A DNA stretch of 64,000 nt, taken from Eledone cirrhosa. Lineage: Eukaryota. The notes beneath the pieces were generated by a model. It was given only the letters and a program-made list of their open reading frames with translations. It had not been told where the DNA came from and did no database searches. A program made the position numbers and the translations under genes. The stretch spans positions 21,452,001 through 21,516,000 of the forward strand of contig OZ024757.1 in the NCBI GenBank assembly GCA_964016885.1, written 5' to 3'. Below, in pieces: positions 14,302 through 28,715 of the stretch. The first letter of the stretch is position 1. Every line of letters begins with the position of its first letter.

Positions 14302-14304
14302 CAA

Positions 14305-14336
<32 letters not shown>

Positions 14337-14582
14337 GTAAGTATAAAGAAAGTGTTCAAGCACAGAAATGCTATAAAAATAGCTTATAAAATAAGGTGAA
14401 CACCCAGCTGATGGCAATTTCTTTTTCAAACTTTTAAGGGTGTTCACATTTTATAAGCTATCTTTATAGTATTTCTGTGCTACCGGTGCCTTGAGAAAGC
14501 AACACCTGGAGCATATCAAGGAATTGAAATAACAGAAGTTATATTTCATCTATGTTTTTCTGCTTTTTCTGGCCACATTCTA

Positions 14583-14641
14583 GCTGTCTGATGAGGCCAT
14601 AGCTGTTGCATAACAGTTATCACCGAAATATATATAATAGT
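14583..14641 (+). ncRNA. minimal hammerhead ribozyme motif
   Basis: gctgt CTGATGA gg-cc-atagctgttg-ca-taacagttat-ca-cc GAAA tatatATA atagt. Confidence 0.7.
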
Positions 14642-14986
14642 GACTATGAATAAACAAAGTTAATTTTAACTTGTTGACTTATACTTCATGTTTATATATA
14701 TATAAGCAGGGAAAAGCGGACGTAAAATGATGATGATGATATATATATATATATATTCTTTGAAAATGTAGAAATTTCAAATGCAGAAAATAACTGCAAC
14801 CACAAACAATTGCTATAATCAATAGCTAAGAAAAGTGTGTAAATTAGCCCTATTGATGAACAAAAGTGGCTAGCAACCATTATAAAGAATTGAACTCTAA
14901 TATATATAGTTTAACAGTTTGGCTTATTTCTGCATTACCAGCAGTTTCAAGATGTAAACACATCTAACTTTTCAGATGACTAGAAA

Positions 14987-15150
14987 TAATTGTTTCTACT
15001 TTTGTCACAAGGCCAGAAATTACCCAGTACATTACTGGTACTTTATTGTATCGACCCCGTAAGGATGAAAGGTAAAGTTAACCTCGGCGGGATTTGAACT
15101 CAGACCGTAAAGGGACGTAACTATGCTGGAAAGCATGGCGTCCGACTCTC
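14987..15150 (-). mobile_element. SINE family B
   Basis: Reverse complement of 6833-7020. Confidence 0.8.
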
Positions 15151-15589
15151 TTTGGAGAAAGACACATAGGGGCATATTGTTATGGGAGCTCCTTTTGTGT
15201 GTGTGTGAGTGTGTGAGTGTGTATCCCTCTGGAAGAATATGTATCTGTATATCTGTATATATTATAAATTGTTGCTAAAGAATATGTGAATATGGGTGTG
15301 TTTATGTAATCTAGTGTAAGAATGTGATTATGTATACATGTGTGTATATGAGTGCATGTGTTTAAATATATATTTATGTGTATGTGTAAATGTGTAAATG
15401 CATTTGTGTTTATGTGTATGTGTATATGTGTATGTGTTTATGTGTATGTGTGTTTGTATATGTTTTGGAAATTATAAAACATTCTGAGAAGTAGCTGTGT
15501 TTAATGAAGAGAAAGCAAGGAATAGAAAATGTTGGGATTATGTAAATACAAGAGACAAACAAGAGCAGCAACTGGGAATGGTGAGGATA

Positions 15590-15814
15590 CAGCAACAGCA
15601 GTAGTTTTAGTAGTAGTAGCAGTGATATTATTAATAGTAGTAGTTGTAGCAGTGATATTATTATTATTATTATTATTATTAATAGTAGTATTTGTAGTAG
15701 TTGTAGTAGTAGTAGTAATAATAGTTGTAGTAGTAATAGCAGTGATTGTAGTAGTAGTAGTAGTAGTAGTAGTAGCAGCAGTGATGTTATTAATAGTAGT
15801 AGTTGTAGCAGTGA

Positions 15815-15848
<34 letters not shown>

Positions 15849-16300
15849 AGTAGTAGTTGTAGTAGTAGTAGTAATAATAGTTGTAGTAGTAATAGCAGTG
15901 ATAGTAGTAGTAGTAGTAGCAGCAGTGATGTTAGTAGTAGTAGTAGTAGTGATATTAGTAGTAGTAGTAGTAGTAGTAACAGTGCTATTAGTAGCAGTGA
16001 TATTAGTAGTAGTAGTAGTAGTAGTAGTAGTGATATTAGTAATAGTAGTAGTTGCAGTGATATTATTAATAGTAGTAGTAGTAGCAGCGATAGTAGTGAT
16101 AGTAGTAGTAGTAGTAGTAGTAGTGATATCAGTAATAGTAGTAGTAGTAGTGATATTATTAATAGTAGTAGTAGTAGCAGTGATATTAGAAGAAGTAGTA
16201 GCAGTGATAGTAGTAGCAGTGATAGTAGTAGTAGTGATAGTAGTAGTAGTAGTAGTGATATCAGTAATAGTAGTAGTAGTAGTTGCAGTGATATTAGTAA
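15590..16300. repeat. (AGT)n/(ATT)n compound trinucleotide repeat
   Basis: Read directly from the sequence. Confidence 0.9.
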
Positions 16301-16529
16301 TACAACTACTATTACCTACATATAAATATATGTATGCTATCAGTGTGTGTATGTGTATATATGTGTGTGTGTGTGTATGTGTGTGTATATATATATATAT
16401 CATTCCAGACCATTGCTCACTGTACTCTACCTCCTTCTCTGTATGTATGTATGTATGTGTATATATATATGTGTGTGTGTTTGACTGTATATGTGCATAT
16501 GCCCCAGAGAGAGAGAGAGAGAGAAAGAG

Positions 16530-16696
16530 ATGTGTGTGTCTATATATATGTGTGTATATATATGTGTGTATGTATATGTATATATATTTATATATGTGTA
16601 TGTATATGTGTGTATGTATATGTGTGCATGTATATGTGCATGTATATGTGTGCATGTATGTGTGTGCATGTATATGTGTGCATGTATATGTGTGCA

Positions 16697-16727
<31 letters not shown>

Positions 16728-17728
16728 GTGTGTGTATGTATATGTGTGCATGTATATGTGTGCATGTATATGTGTGCATGTATATGTGTGTATATATGTG
16801 TATATGTGTGTATATATATGTGTGTATGTATATGTGTACATGTATATGTGTGTATATATATGTGTGTATGTATATGTGTGTATATAGATATATATATATA
16901 TATATGTGTGTGTATGTATATGTGTGCATGTATATGTGTGTATGTATATGTGTGCATGTATATGTGTGCATGTATATGCGTGCATGTATATATGTGCATG
17001 TATATGTGTGTATGTATGTGTGCATGTATATGTGTGCATGTATATATGTGTATATATATGTGTGTGTATGTATATGTGTGCATGTATATGTGTGTATCTA
17101 TATGTGTGTATGTATATGTGTGCATGTATATGTGTGTGCATATATGTGTGCATGTATATGTGTGCATGTATATGTGTGCATGTATATGTGTGCATGTATA
17201 TATGTGTATATGTGTGTATATATATGTGTATGTATATGTGTGTATGTATATGTGTGCATGTATATGTGTGCATGTATATGTGTGTATGTATATGTGTGTA
17301 TGTATATGTGTGTATGTATGTGTGTGTATGTATATGTGTGTATGTATATGTGTGCATGTATATATGTGTATATGTGTGTATGTATATGTGTGTATGTATA
17401 TGTGTGTATATATATATGTGTGTATGTATATGTGTGTGTATGTATATGTGTGTGTATGTATATGGGTGTATGTATATGTATGTGTATATATGTGTGCATG
17501 TATGTGTGTGCATGTATATGTGTGCATGTATATGTATGTATGTATATGTGTGCATGTATATGTGTGTATGTATATGTGTGCATGTATATATGTGTATATG
17601 TATATATGTGTATATGTGTGTATATATATGTGTGTATGTATATGTGTGCATGTATATGTGTGTATATATATATGTATATATGTGTGTATGTATATATGTG
17701 TGTATATATATATATATATGTGTATGTA
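16530..17728. repeat. 12-bp-period (tgtatatgtgtg/catgtatatgtg) satellite
   Basis: Read directly from the sequence. Confidence 0.9.
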
Positions 17729-17914
17729 GAGTAGTGTATAGTATAGTAGCAGTGGTCTGCTATAGACTACAATAGAAGATAGGAAGATGCTACTAAATGT
17801 GTGATACAGCAACAGCTGTGTTATTAAATATTTCCTACTGTCCAATAGTTGTGTGATTTAGTCCCACATCACATGATGGTGTCAAGTATTCCAGGCATGA
17901 TAATCTCACCTTGT

Positions 17915-19000
17915 ATTAACCCTGCCTTACCAACCCAAAACTGCTTCTCCTTCTAGGAAACAAAACCAACCATTTTAATGCTTTCTATTTAAATTAAAAT
18001 CTTCCAACATCAATTGATACAGGAAAGATATGTTAACTTACTATTATGGTAATGAAATAATAATTTTGATAAATCCCCGAAAATTCTTCCTTTTAATACC
18101 AAGCTGGCCCATACCAGCTTTGATTCTATTAAACAAAACCACTAGTTTAATGATTCCTATTTAAATTTCCCATCATTTTATATAAGAATCATATGCTAAG
18201 TTGTTATCTTAGTAATGAAATATTTATTCATCATCATCATCATCATCATCATCGTTTAACGTCTATCTCCCACGCTAGAACGGGTTTAGACGGGAATTGT
18301 ACCACTTGAGCCAAGATTGGTCGGGTGACCGTGTCTCACTCGTATAGGGCTGTCTGGCAGGTTTTCTATGGCTGGATGCCCTTCCTAACACCAACCACAT
18401 TACAGCATGGACTGTCAAAAAAATGTTATTCATTTTAATAAATCACTAAAAACCTGGCCAAAACCGACACTGGTTTCATGAAATAAAAACCACCTATTGT
18501 AAAACGTTCCTATTTAAATTAAAATCTCCCAACATAGTTTTATATAAGAACCATATGTTAATTTAGGATATATTTTATATAAGAACCATCTGTTTAGTTA
18601 CTATCTTATTAAATAATTTTAGTAAATCCCTCAAATTCTTCATTTTACTACTACTTGATATACTGGAATACAAGCCAGCTTGATGGAAATCTGGTAGAAT
18701 TTCTTCAACCCTTTTGGTAGCAACCCAGTAAAAAACTGTCTCTGTTTCTATGAAAGAAAACCAACCATTTTGGATTGATATCTTCTAACAATTTTATATA
18801 AGAATTATATGATACATTACTATCTTAGTAATTAAATAATTAATAATTTTAGTAAGTTACTCAAAAATTAACCTTTTTGATTCTAACCTCGCGAAAACCA
18901 GCTTTCGATCTATGAATCTCCCCCCATTTTAAAGGGTTCCTATTTAAATAAAAATCTTCCAACATAATTTTATATAAGAACCAAATGTTAAATGACAATC
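17915..19000 (+). repeat. cluster of ~5 diverged copies of an AT-rich dispersed element (probable TTAA MITE family)
   Basis: Recurrent aaaaccaaccatttt...ttcctatttaaattaaaatcttccaacataattttatataagaa. Also at ~26705-26990, ~29265-29372 and ~31550-32085. Confidence 0.6.
18228..18414 (-). mobile_element. 3' end of the composite RTE/SINE-like element
   Basis: (tca)n tail and ctggatgcccttcctaacacc. Confidence 0.8.
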
Positions 19001-19003
19001 TTC

Positions 19004-19348
19004 TTAACCCTTTAATGTTCAAACCGGCCAGAATTCTCTACCTCTTTCTGTTGAAACTGGCTGTAACTGGTCACTCAAACTGATATTAAGGTATTGTTCT
19101 CAAAATAAATACTTTCAAAATCTCACAGATTCGATATTATGTGAGATATTATGTGAGGTAAAGCCTTTACCATGAAAATATAATAGTATATATAGAGTAA
19201 TGTGAATGTTATGTGAGATATTATGTGAGGTAAAGCCTTTACCATGAAAATATAATAGTATATATAGAGTAATGTGAATGTTATGTGAGATAATTATGTG
19301 AGGTAAAGCCTTTACCATGAAAATATAATAGTATATATAGAGTAATGT
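19004..19348 (+). mobile_element. left part of the TTAA MITE with ~3 72-bp units
   Basis: Colinear with 7207-7560. Confidence 0.8.
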
Positions 19349-20479
19349 AAGAATTTTTAGTAAATTCCTCAAAATTCTTCATTAACTACATTATATGTAA
19401 ACCAAGAATATATGACAAAAACATTTATGGTAAAATGGAGGGTTCATTTATATTTTGCCAATTTTTACCAACTCAAAATTTTATGAAAATAAAGTGCTAA
19501 AATATTTTCACTTTGGAGGTGAATATTACTCAGGTTTCATTTTGGAGGTGAAATTCACATTTCCTATTGATTTTGATATGTTTACAATGAATATGGTAAA
19601 AAAAATCATTACGTAATGGAGTTGTGAAACAAAAACTATATTCTAAACAACACTTAAAACATTTTAAATATCAAAATATTAAAACTTCATAAATATATTC
19701 CCCACTTACGAGAAATTCAAAATTGCATCTAAACATGTTGATTACCTGCCTTTACTTAAACACGGGGTTTGGATTTTTGCCCATTTCTTAGACATAAAAT
19801 AGGGTGGGGGCTCCGGCTTATATTCCAGTATACATGGTGACTGAAATGGAATCATGACATGGTCAACGTAAAGGGCCGTATCTCTATGCTGCAAAGCATG
19901 GTGTCTGTGTCTGATGCTCTACCAATACTGCCAAACCACCACCCTGATAATAATAATAATAATAATAATGCTTTCTTTATTAACCATAAGCGTTTACACT
20001 GAGGAAGAACTGTAACATCGTTAAAGAAATAATTTCAATGAAGCAGCAGAATTGATTTTTGGTCCAATAACCGTGTTTGATATTGAATCTGGCTTGTCAA
20101 GACATTTGTGGGACTGTTTCCTGGTGATAAATATTTTCAGGTTTCTTTGATTCTGAATATTACATCACATATCTGTGTGGCTCTGTGTGTGTGTGTGTGG
20201 CTGTGTGGCTGTGTGTGTGTGTGGCTGTGTGTGTGTGTGGCTGTGTGTGTGTGTGGCTGTGTGTGTGTGGCTGTGTGTGTGTGGCTGTGTGTGTGTGGCT
20301 GTGTGTGTGTGGCTGTGTGTGGCTGTGTGTGGCTGTGTGTGTGTCTCTGTGTGTGTGGCTTTGTGTGTGTGGCGCTGTGTGTGTGTGGCTCTGTGTGTGT
20401 ATGGCTATATATGTGTGACTCTGTATTGGTGTGTGTTTGTCGTGTCCCCCATGTCTTTGTCTCTATGTAGTTGCACATT

Positions 20480-20740
20480 TCATCCATCATCATCATCATT
20501 TTACGTCCGCTTTTCCCTGCTTGCAAGGGTGGGACGGGAACTGATTCTGGCTTGATTTCTACAGCTGGATGCCCTTCCTAACACCAACCTCATTTACAGT
20601 GAGTGCTGGGTGCGTTTCTTGCTGTGGCACCTCCACGACCACTTTGCAGTGGAATGATATGGACCCCAGTCCCTATCATCTCATTTCTACAGCTGAGTAA
20701 ACTGGAGCAATGTGAAATAAAGTGTCTTGTTCAAGGAAAC
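20480..20740 (-). mobile_element. SINE family A, 5'-truncated
   Basis: Matches family A. Confidence 0.9.
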
Positions 20741-21218
20741 ATATATATATATATATATATACAATATATTAATAAATGTAAACTATATTTATAAAACCAT
20801 ACTGACTATTTACTCCAGTAAACTGTTGAGTGCTCTATAACAGTTATAAACTTAAGTTTGTTGGAATCCCAACAAATTTAATATAACTTCTACATATATA
20901 TATATAGAGAGAAAGAAATAGGGGGGGGGGGTTCCTTAGAGCTTCATGTCTTTACACGGCTAACCATAACAGTTGAACAACACATGTCCTATGCAATCCC
21001 TTCGGTGACAGACAACTCTTTATCAAAACTAAATGGGGGTAACCACCATCTCACCCTTCCACCTCACAGCCCTGTACCAAAACCAGCATGCAATGTCACA
21101 TCCGCATGTGTGTGTGTGTACGTGTATGTGTATGTGTGTGTGTGTGTATGTGTGAGTGTGTGTATATATATATATTTATGAAAAAAATATTGTTTTTATT
21201 TTTTTAAATATATATATA

Positions 21219-21252
<34 letters not shown>

Positions 21253-21734
21253 GTCTATTTCCTGGTGTGTGTGTGTGTGGGGGGGGGCGGTTGAATGAAT
21301 ATTTGATAGCAGTGAAAATAGGAGCCCTGTACCTGGGATGGAGGGCTGAGGGGTGGGAAGTAAACAAGATCCTTACTATCATTTCATTTATAACTTCATT
21401 TTTATGAGAAGGAAAAGAAAAAAAAAACAAAAACCATATGACCCCAGTCCTTCACCCACACACACTTCCTCTCTAAGTACTTCAGTTAATCAACACCACC
21501 ACCACAAACAACAACAATAAAACCACCACCACCACCACTAATACCACAAACACCACCACCACCACCACTAACACCACTGCCACCACCATCACCACAAACA
21601 CCACTGCCACCACCACCACCACCACAGACACCACCGCCACTGCCACCACCATCACCACCACAGACACCACTGCCACCACCATCACCACCACTAACACCAC
21701 AAACACCACTGCCACCATCAATTTGCTTATATAT

Positions 21735-21997
21735 AAGCAAAGAGATATTTAATTTGTTGGTAATTCTACAAATATATTTATAACAGATTCGAAGCACGCT
21801 ACAAGTTTTCTGGAGTATAATATCAATGATATTAATAAATGGAAACTATATTTATAAAACCATATTTATTCTATTATAAATATTTCAAGGGTACCACAAC
21901 TTTGCTATGCTCTCATCAGATAAAATACAAAGTTTGTTTTATAAATATTGACATACCCCAGAAACCAGACCTTATCGGTTCAGGTTCAGTTTGAATA
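21735..21997 (-). mobile_element. Penelope-like terminal repeat (family PLE-1) with a hammerhead at 21867-21927
   Basis: Minus strand reads KLNLNR* and then tattttat CTGATGA gagcatagc...ggtaccctt GAAA tatttATA atagaata. Same family as 35800-36220, 47541-47920 and 55670-55897. Confidence 0.7.
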
Positions 21998-22330
21998 TCA
22001 TCATTATCATCATCATCATCATTTTCCCTGCTTGCAAGGGTGGGACGGGAACTGATTCTGGCTTGATTTCTACAGCTGGATGCCCTTCCTCACACCAACC
22101 TCATTTACAGTGAGTGCTGGGTGCTTTTTTTTCCGTGGCACCTCCACGACCACTTTACAGTGGGATGATAGGGACCCCAGTCCTTATCTCATTGCTACAG
22201 CTGAGTAAACTGGAGCAATGTGAAATAAAGTGTCTTGCTCAAGGAAACAACACATCACCCGGTCTGAGAATTGAAGTCACAACCTTTCGATTGCAAGGCC
22301 AATGCTCTAACCACTAAGCCATGTGCCTCC
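21998..22330 (-). mobile_element. SINE family A, near full length
   Basis: Matches family A. Confidence 0.9.
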
Positions 22331-22997
22331 AGAGAGAAGAAATTTAGTAAAACTACTCCAACGAACTATATATATATATATACATATTTATGTATATATG
22401 TGTTTATATGTACATAGGGGAGTGGGGGGGGGGTGAGAGGAGTAGGGAAAGAGGAGAGGGTGGAAAGAGAGAGATAAAGAGAGAGGGGGAAGGGGCCATA
22501 TAGTGGGTGTGTGTAGAAGTACGATTCTACATGAGTGTATGTAGATGTTGATGTGTGCTTGTGTATCTAGGAGGATAAGTATGAGTGTGTGTGTGTCTAT
22601 GTGTGTGTGAGTAAATGTGCATATATGTATGTGTGTGCGATGATATATGTGTATGGATATATATATATATGTGTATATATACATATATATGCGTGTGTGT
22701 GTTTGTGTGGTGTGGATGCGTGTGTTTGTTAATAAAATAAATAGTATAATTGCTGTTAGAAATGTAGTAAAAAAAAACAAACGAGCCTCTCCCCTCCAAA
22801 AGAAAAAACAAAAATAGAAAGCCCCCCCCCCCCTCCTCCCCCTCGCCTCCTCTAAAAAAAAAAATCACTGAAAACATTTCTCTTGTGTTTATTTGTCCAA
22901 TGTTGTGCTTCTGTTGCAATAATTTAGTCTGAAAATGTCTACAGAGAGGATTACATTAGAATGCTGAAATTAGACATCACCCATTCTGTTATTTAGT

Positions 22998-23088
22998 GAA
23001 TATATATATATATATACAGCAATGAATATATATATATATATATATATATATACAGCAATTAATATATATATATATATATATACAGCAA

Positions 23089-23131
<43 letters not shown>

Positions 23132-23188
23132 CAATGAATATATATATATACACCAATGAATATATATATATATATATATATACAGCAA

Positions 23189-23235
<47 letters not shown>

Positions 23236-23294
23236 CAATGAATATATATATATATATATACACACCAATGAATATATATATATATATACACCAA

Positions 23295-23333
<39 letters not shown>

Positions 23334-23356
23334 CAATGAATATATATATATAGCAA

Positions 23357-23399
<43 letters not shown>

Positions 23400-23956
23400 C
23401 AATGAATATATATATATATATACAGCAATGAATATATATATATATATACACCAATGAATATATATATATATATACAGCAATGAATATATATATATATATA
23501 TACACCAATGAATATATATATATATATACACCAATGAATATATATATATATATACACCAATGAATATATATATATATATACACCAATGAATATATATATA
23601 TATATACACCAATGAATATATATATATATATACACCAATGAATATATATATATATATACACCAATGAATATATATATATATACAGCAATGAATATATATA
23701 TATATATATACAGCAATGAATATATATATATATATATACAGCAATGAATATATATATATATACAGCAATGAATATATATATATATATATACAGCAATGAA
23801 TATATATATACAGCAATGAATATATATATATATATATATATATATACAGCAATGAATATATATATATATATATATATACAGCAATGTATATATATATATA
23901 TATACAGCAATGAATATATATATATATATACAGCAATGAATATATATATATATATA
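22998..23956. repeat. compound satellite ca(g/c)caatgaa + variable (TA)n
   Basis: About 35 units. Resumes at 24097-24150 and 24640-24800. Confidence 0.92.
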
Positions 23957-24039
23957 CGATCTCCAGAAACTGTTGAGTGCTTTTATATCAGTTATAAAAT
24001 ATTTACTCGTTGTAACCCAACAATCTTAAATAAAACTTT

Positions 24040-24100
<61 letters not shown>

Positions 24101-24103
24101 CAA

Positions 24104-24154
<51 letters not shown>

Positions 24155-24640
24155 CATCATCATCATCATCATCACCGTTTTACGTCCGTTCTTCCACGCT
24201 AGCATGGGTTAGACGGGTTGTCCTGTTGTGTGCAGTGTCTGGTCGGCTGACCATGCCTTGCTCATACAGGAACTGATCTGGCCTGATTTCTACAGCTGGA
24301 TGCCCTTCCTAACACCAACCTCATTTACAGTGAGTGCTGGGTGCTTTTTTGTGGCGCCTACACGTCCACTTTACAGTGTGGGCTGGGTGCTTTTTTGCCG
24401 TGGCACCTCCACGACCACCTTGCGGTGGGGGGAGTGGGGGCATATTGTTTATATGCTTCAGCTTGTACCCATGGGAGGTCGGGTACCCTGTATTACTGCG
24501 TGACGCCAGAAGTCACGGTCGTGTGTCATTGACTTTGAGAGGTGTAGTTGGGTAAGGTCGGCTTTTATCACCTCATCCCAAGTCATCTTGGGTCTCCCCA
24601 CTCCGCGGTTTCCATCAACTTCTAGTGCTCTGCACCTTGA
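24155..24640 (-). mobile_element. composite RTE LINE 3' end (ORF C-terminus + SINE-like 3'UTR + (tga)n tail)
   Basis: [28 protein letters not shown]...DRDFWRHAV (RTE GRPxxTW motif), followed by 48-bp modules, the Meta-like motif and the tail. Confidence 0.85.
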
Positions 24641-24661
24641 ATATATATATATATACACCAA

Positions 24662-24700
<39 letters not shown>

Positions 24701-25194
24701 CAATGAATATATATATATATATATATATACAGCAATGAATATATATATATATACAGCAATGAATATATATATATATATACACCAATGAATATATATATAT
24801 ATACTTCTGCTATAGCAATGGACTCTCTTCTTTAACACTTTTAATACCAAACACCAAACTACTATTGATTTCTTGCTGGTGATGATGATGATGTTTTCAC
24901 TGATTTATTTCTATTAAGGGGGGAGGAGGTGGTGGATTGTTGCTTTCTTTTTTGAGAGGCAAGGGGTCGGTTTTACTACATTTATAATAGTAATTATAAT
25001 GTTAGTTTTCATTAAAAAACACACACATCCACACACGAGTGCACACACACATTCATATAAACACACACATTCATATAAACACACACACACGTGCACTCAT
25101 CCAACACCAACACATACTTTTTATTCAGTAAAACAAATATCCACAGCAAATGTAATCTATTGCTTGAGTATGTTTGGAATATCTGGGAAATACT

Positions 25195-26275
25195 GGAAAA
25201 CACTGAAGGTCCTTCTATAGTTATTATCTGGGAAACACTGTAGGTCCTTCTATAGTTATTATCTGGGAAACACTGTAGGTCCTTCTATAGTTATTATCTG
25301 GGAACCAATGTAGGTCCTTCTATAGTTATTATCTGGAAACACTGTAGGTCCTTCTATAGTTATTATCTGGAACCACTGTAGGTCCTTCTATAGTTATCTG
25401 GGAAACATTGTCGGTCCTTCTATAGTTATTATCTGGGAAACACTGTAGGTCCTTCTATAGTTATTATCTGGGAAACACTGTAGGTCCTTCTATAGTTATT
25501 ATCTGGGAAACACTGTAGGTCCTTCTATAGTTATCTGGGAAACACTGTAGGTCCTTCTATAGTTATCTGGAAAACACTGTAGGTCCTTCTATAGTTATCT
25601 CGAAAACACTGTAGGTCCTTCTATAGTTATTATCTGGGAAACACTGTAGGTCCTTCTATAGTTATCTGGGAAACACTGTAGGTCCTTCTATAGTTATTAT
25701 CTGGAAAACACTGTAGGTCCTTCTATAGTTATTATCTGGAAAACACTGTTGGTCCTTCTATAGTTATTATCTGGAAACACTGCAGGTCCTTCTATAGTTA
25801 TTATCTGGAAACACTGTAGGTCCTTCTATAGTTATTATCTGGGAAACACTGTAGGTCCTTCTATAGTTATCTGGAAAACACTGTAGGTCCTTCTATAGTT
25901 ATCTGGAAAACACTGTAGGTCCTTCTATAGTTATCTGGAAAACACTGTAGGTCCTTCTATAGTTATTATCTGGGAACCACTGTAGGTCCTTCTATAGTTA
26001 TTATCTGGGAACCACTGTAGGTCCTTCTATAGTTATTATCTGGAAAACACTGTAGGTCCTTCTATAGTTATTATCTGGAAAACACTGTAGATCCTTCTAT
26101 TGTTATCTGGAAAACACTGTAGGTCCTTCTATAGTTATCTGGAAACACTGTAGTCCTTCTATAGTTATTATCTGGAAAACACTGTAGGTCCTTCTATAGT
26201 TATTATCTGGAAAACACTGTAGATCCTTCTATTGTTATCTGGAAACACTGTAGTCCTTCTATAATTATTATCTGT
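25195..26275. repeat. 32-35-bp minisatellite, ~32 copies
   Basis: Unit ctgg(g/a)aaacactgtaggtccttctatagttat(tat). Confidence 0.95.
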
Positions 26276-26414
26276 TAACTTCATAAGAAGAGTTAAAGGT
26301 TACGAAACCTTTGTCAATGTACCACATGATCAGATTAATAAGGGGAACAGGAAATGGAAGAAGAAGAAAGAAAATAAAAGGGGAAGGGACAGAAACTACA
26401 CCCCAGTCTGAGCA

Positions 26415-26640
26415 GTGCCTCAGCTGCACCCCACAGACAAAACAGCAAACGTGTTACCATGGAAAATAACCAGAGACACTGCAGCAGCCCCTCAAGTAGG
26501 CTACCATCTTTCCAATTTTACAGAGGAAATCAACAGTGTGGGCCCAAGGATGCCAGACAAGAGGAAATGATTGGTCATGCTCCAGTATTTCATTATCTTC
26601 CTCTCCTCCAGATTATGGGCAGCAGAGCCCGGGTTTCTAG
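26415..26640 (-). mobile_element. degraded C-terminus of a CRE-like REL non-LTR retrotransposon
   Basis: Across frameshifts on the minus strand: PGSAAHNLEERKIMKY / SGILGP / DFLCKIGKMVA / HGNTFAVLSVG. This resembles the GSAAxxAExRKxxKY...ETxGxxGP...QRGNA signature. Confidence 0.6.
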
Positions 26641-27903
26641 AGAGATCAACTACTACTTGAGTATATATGGTATATCATTTTTAAACCTTTTGATACTGGA
26701 CTTGTGAAACAAAACCATCCATTTTTTAAGGGTTCCTACTTTAATTAAAACCTACCAACGTAATTTCACATAAGACCATTTTCTTATGTGAAATTAAGCC
26801 TTTATAAATCTTTTCCAAATTGCTCATTAATTAATTAAAATACAAAGTATCTCATTAGAAATACATTAATTAAAGGATTAAGGTGGTATTTGTAGCATAA
26901 CTTCTTTGGAAAATTTAGAACTTGTTAAAATGGGTAGTTTTGTTTGACAGAACCAGAGCTGGTTTGGGCATGTTAGTAACAAAAGTCTAAGTAAACTCCA
27001 AAAATGAAAATGTGAGAGTTCCAAATGCAGAAAATACTTTGAATATTTTACAATTCAATCCAGGGTTTTCTCACTCCTGTTGGAAGAAGTCCCCCCTGGT
27101 TGACCTCCACCACTTTCTGTTTGGTTTTGGTCAGAGGTGATGGAGAGGAGTTCCAGCAAGAAGATCCTGTCAACAAAATCTCCATACAAAACAAGTCTCC
27201 GGTTTCTGAAAGGCTTACAACAGCTTTCAGGGGTCATGACCTGGGTGTACCCAGTGTAAGAGGTTAATGGCTGAAACACTTGCTTGAGGAAGGGGGTTCT
27301 TCTCTGAAGACCTGCTGTCCAGCTTTCCTGAGAGCTTCTTACCATGAAAGGGTTAAATATGATTCTAAAGTGGGGGCTTCTATTTAGACCCTAAAACACT
27401 TTAAAGTAAGCAAATACAAATATATAAAAATTTAAACAAACAATTTACGTTAGTTATTCAACCTCCATTCCTGGCTGTGCTTTTCATTTGACTCCCTCCC
27501 TCCCCCCTCCCTGTCTTTCAGAAATGGGGCAGAAGGGTGTGTGAAACTACACTACTGCTAATAACATTGTCTTAAAGGATCTTCAAGAATAACGAAAATA
27601 AAAAATAAAATAATTTTTCTAGGGATTTAAAAACATATTTTGTATATTCTTCTCATGAGAAATATGAAACATTTCACTACTTGTTGAGCTTGTCATAGCA
27701 ACAGGAGCTGAGAAAAACAGATGTCAAGAGGGTGGTAGTGGTGGTGATAGTAATGGTGGTGGTGGTGATGGTGGTGGTGGTGGTGGTGATGGTGAGGAGG
27801 AGGAGGAGTGTTGTAATGTTGATAATGAGGATAAGGATGATAATGATAATATTGATGCTGTTTGTAAGTATACACACACATGCACATAAATGTAAATACA
27901 TAC

Positions 27904-27940
<37 letters not shown>

Positions 27941-27941
<1 letters not shown>

Positions 27942-28441
27942 TCTGGGACGACTTGATAAATTCCGACCTCGCACACTTACACCTCTCCAAGACAATGTCA
28001 CTGGACCGAGAGCTTTGGCGCTACACAGTAATAGAGAAGACCCGCCTTACCTAAGTACAAAGTGAAACCTACTACAGTCAGAAGGCACCTCTAACAAAAT
28101 ACACCCCCGTCCCACTACCCCCTCCCCCCCCCCATCCACACCACCCCTTTCAATGTAAAGTTATGTTGGTGTCACAACATCCAGCCCGAAACAAATGAGG
28201 TCATGTAGGTGTCACGACAAAAAACACACAGTCCACGCTGTAATGTGGCCGTGTAGGCAACACGGTAAAAACCTCCCAGTTCCACACTGTAAACTTGGTT
28301 GGTGTTAGGAAGGGCATCCAGCCGTAGAAAACCCGCCAGACAGTCCTATGCGAGCAAGACAACCACTCGTGCCTCAAGTGGGAAAACTCCCGTCCAAACC
28401 CATGCAAGCGTGGAATATGGACGTTAAACGATGATGATGAT
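27941..28441 (+). mobile_element. composite RTE LINE 3' end
   Basis: [36 protein letters not shown], then a UTR with aggaagggcatccagccgtagaaa and the tail ggacgttaaacgatgatgatga. Confidence 0.85.
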
Positions 28442-28657
28442 CATCATGATGATATATATATATATATATATACATTTTCTAACCCAGAAAAAAGAGAACA
28501 AAAATAAAGGGTAAAAAAAAAAATATATATATATATATATATATTTTTCTTCCTTATAATCGTCTTTTTCTCCCTATATATATATATATATATGTAAATA
28601 GGGAGAAAAAGACGATTATTAGGATATTTTTTTTTTTTTACCTTTTATTTTATTCTC

Positions 28658-28715
<58 letters not shown>

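Noticed and set aside
27055-27345. 96-aa minus-strand ORF as a gene or exon
   Set aside because: No recognisable family or convincing splice signals. VLYGDF and nearby residues hint at a decayed RTE, but too weakly to call.
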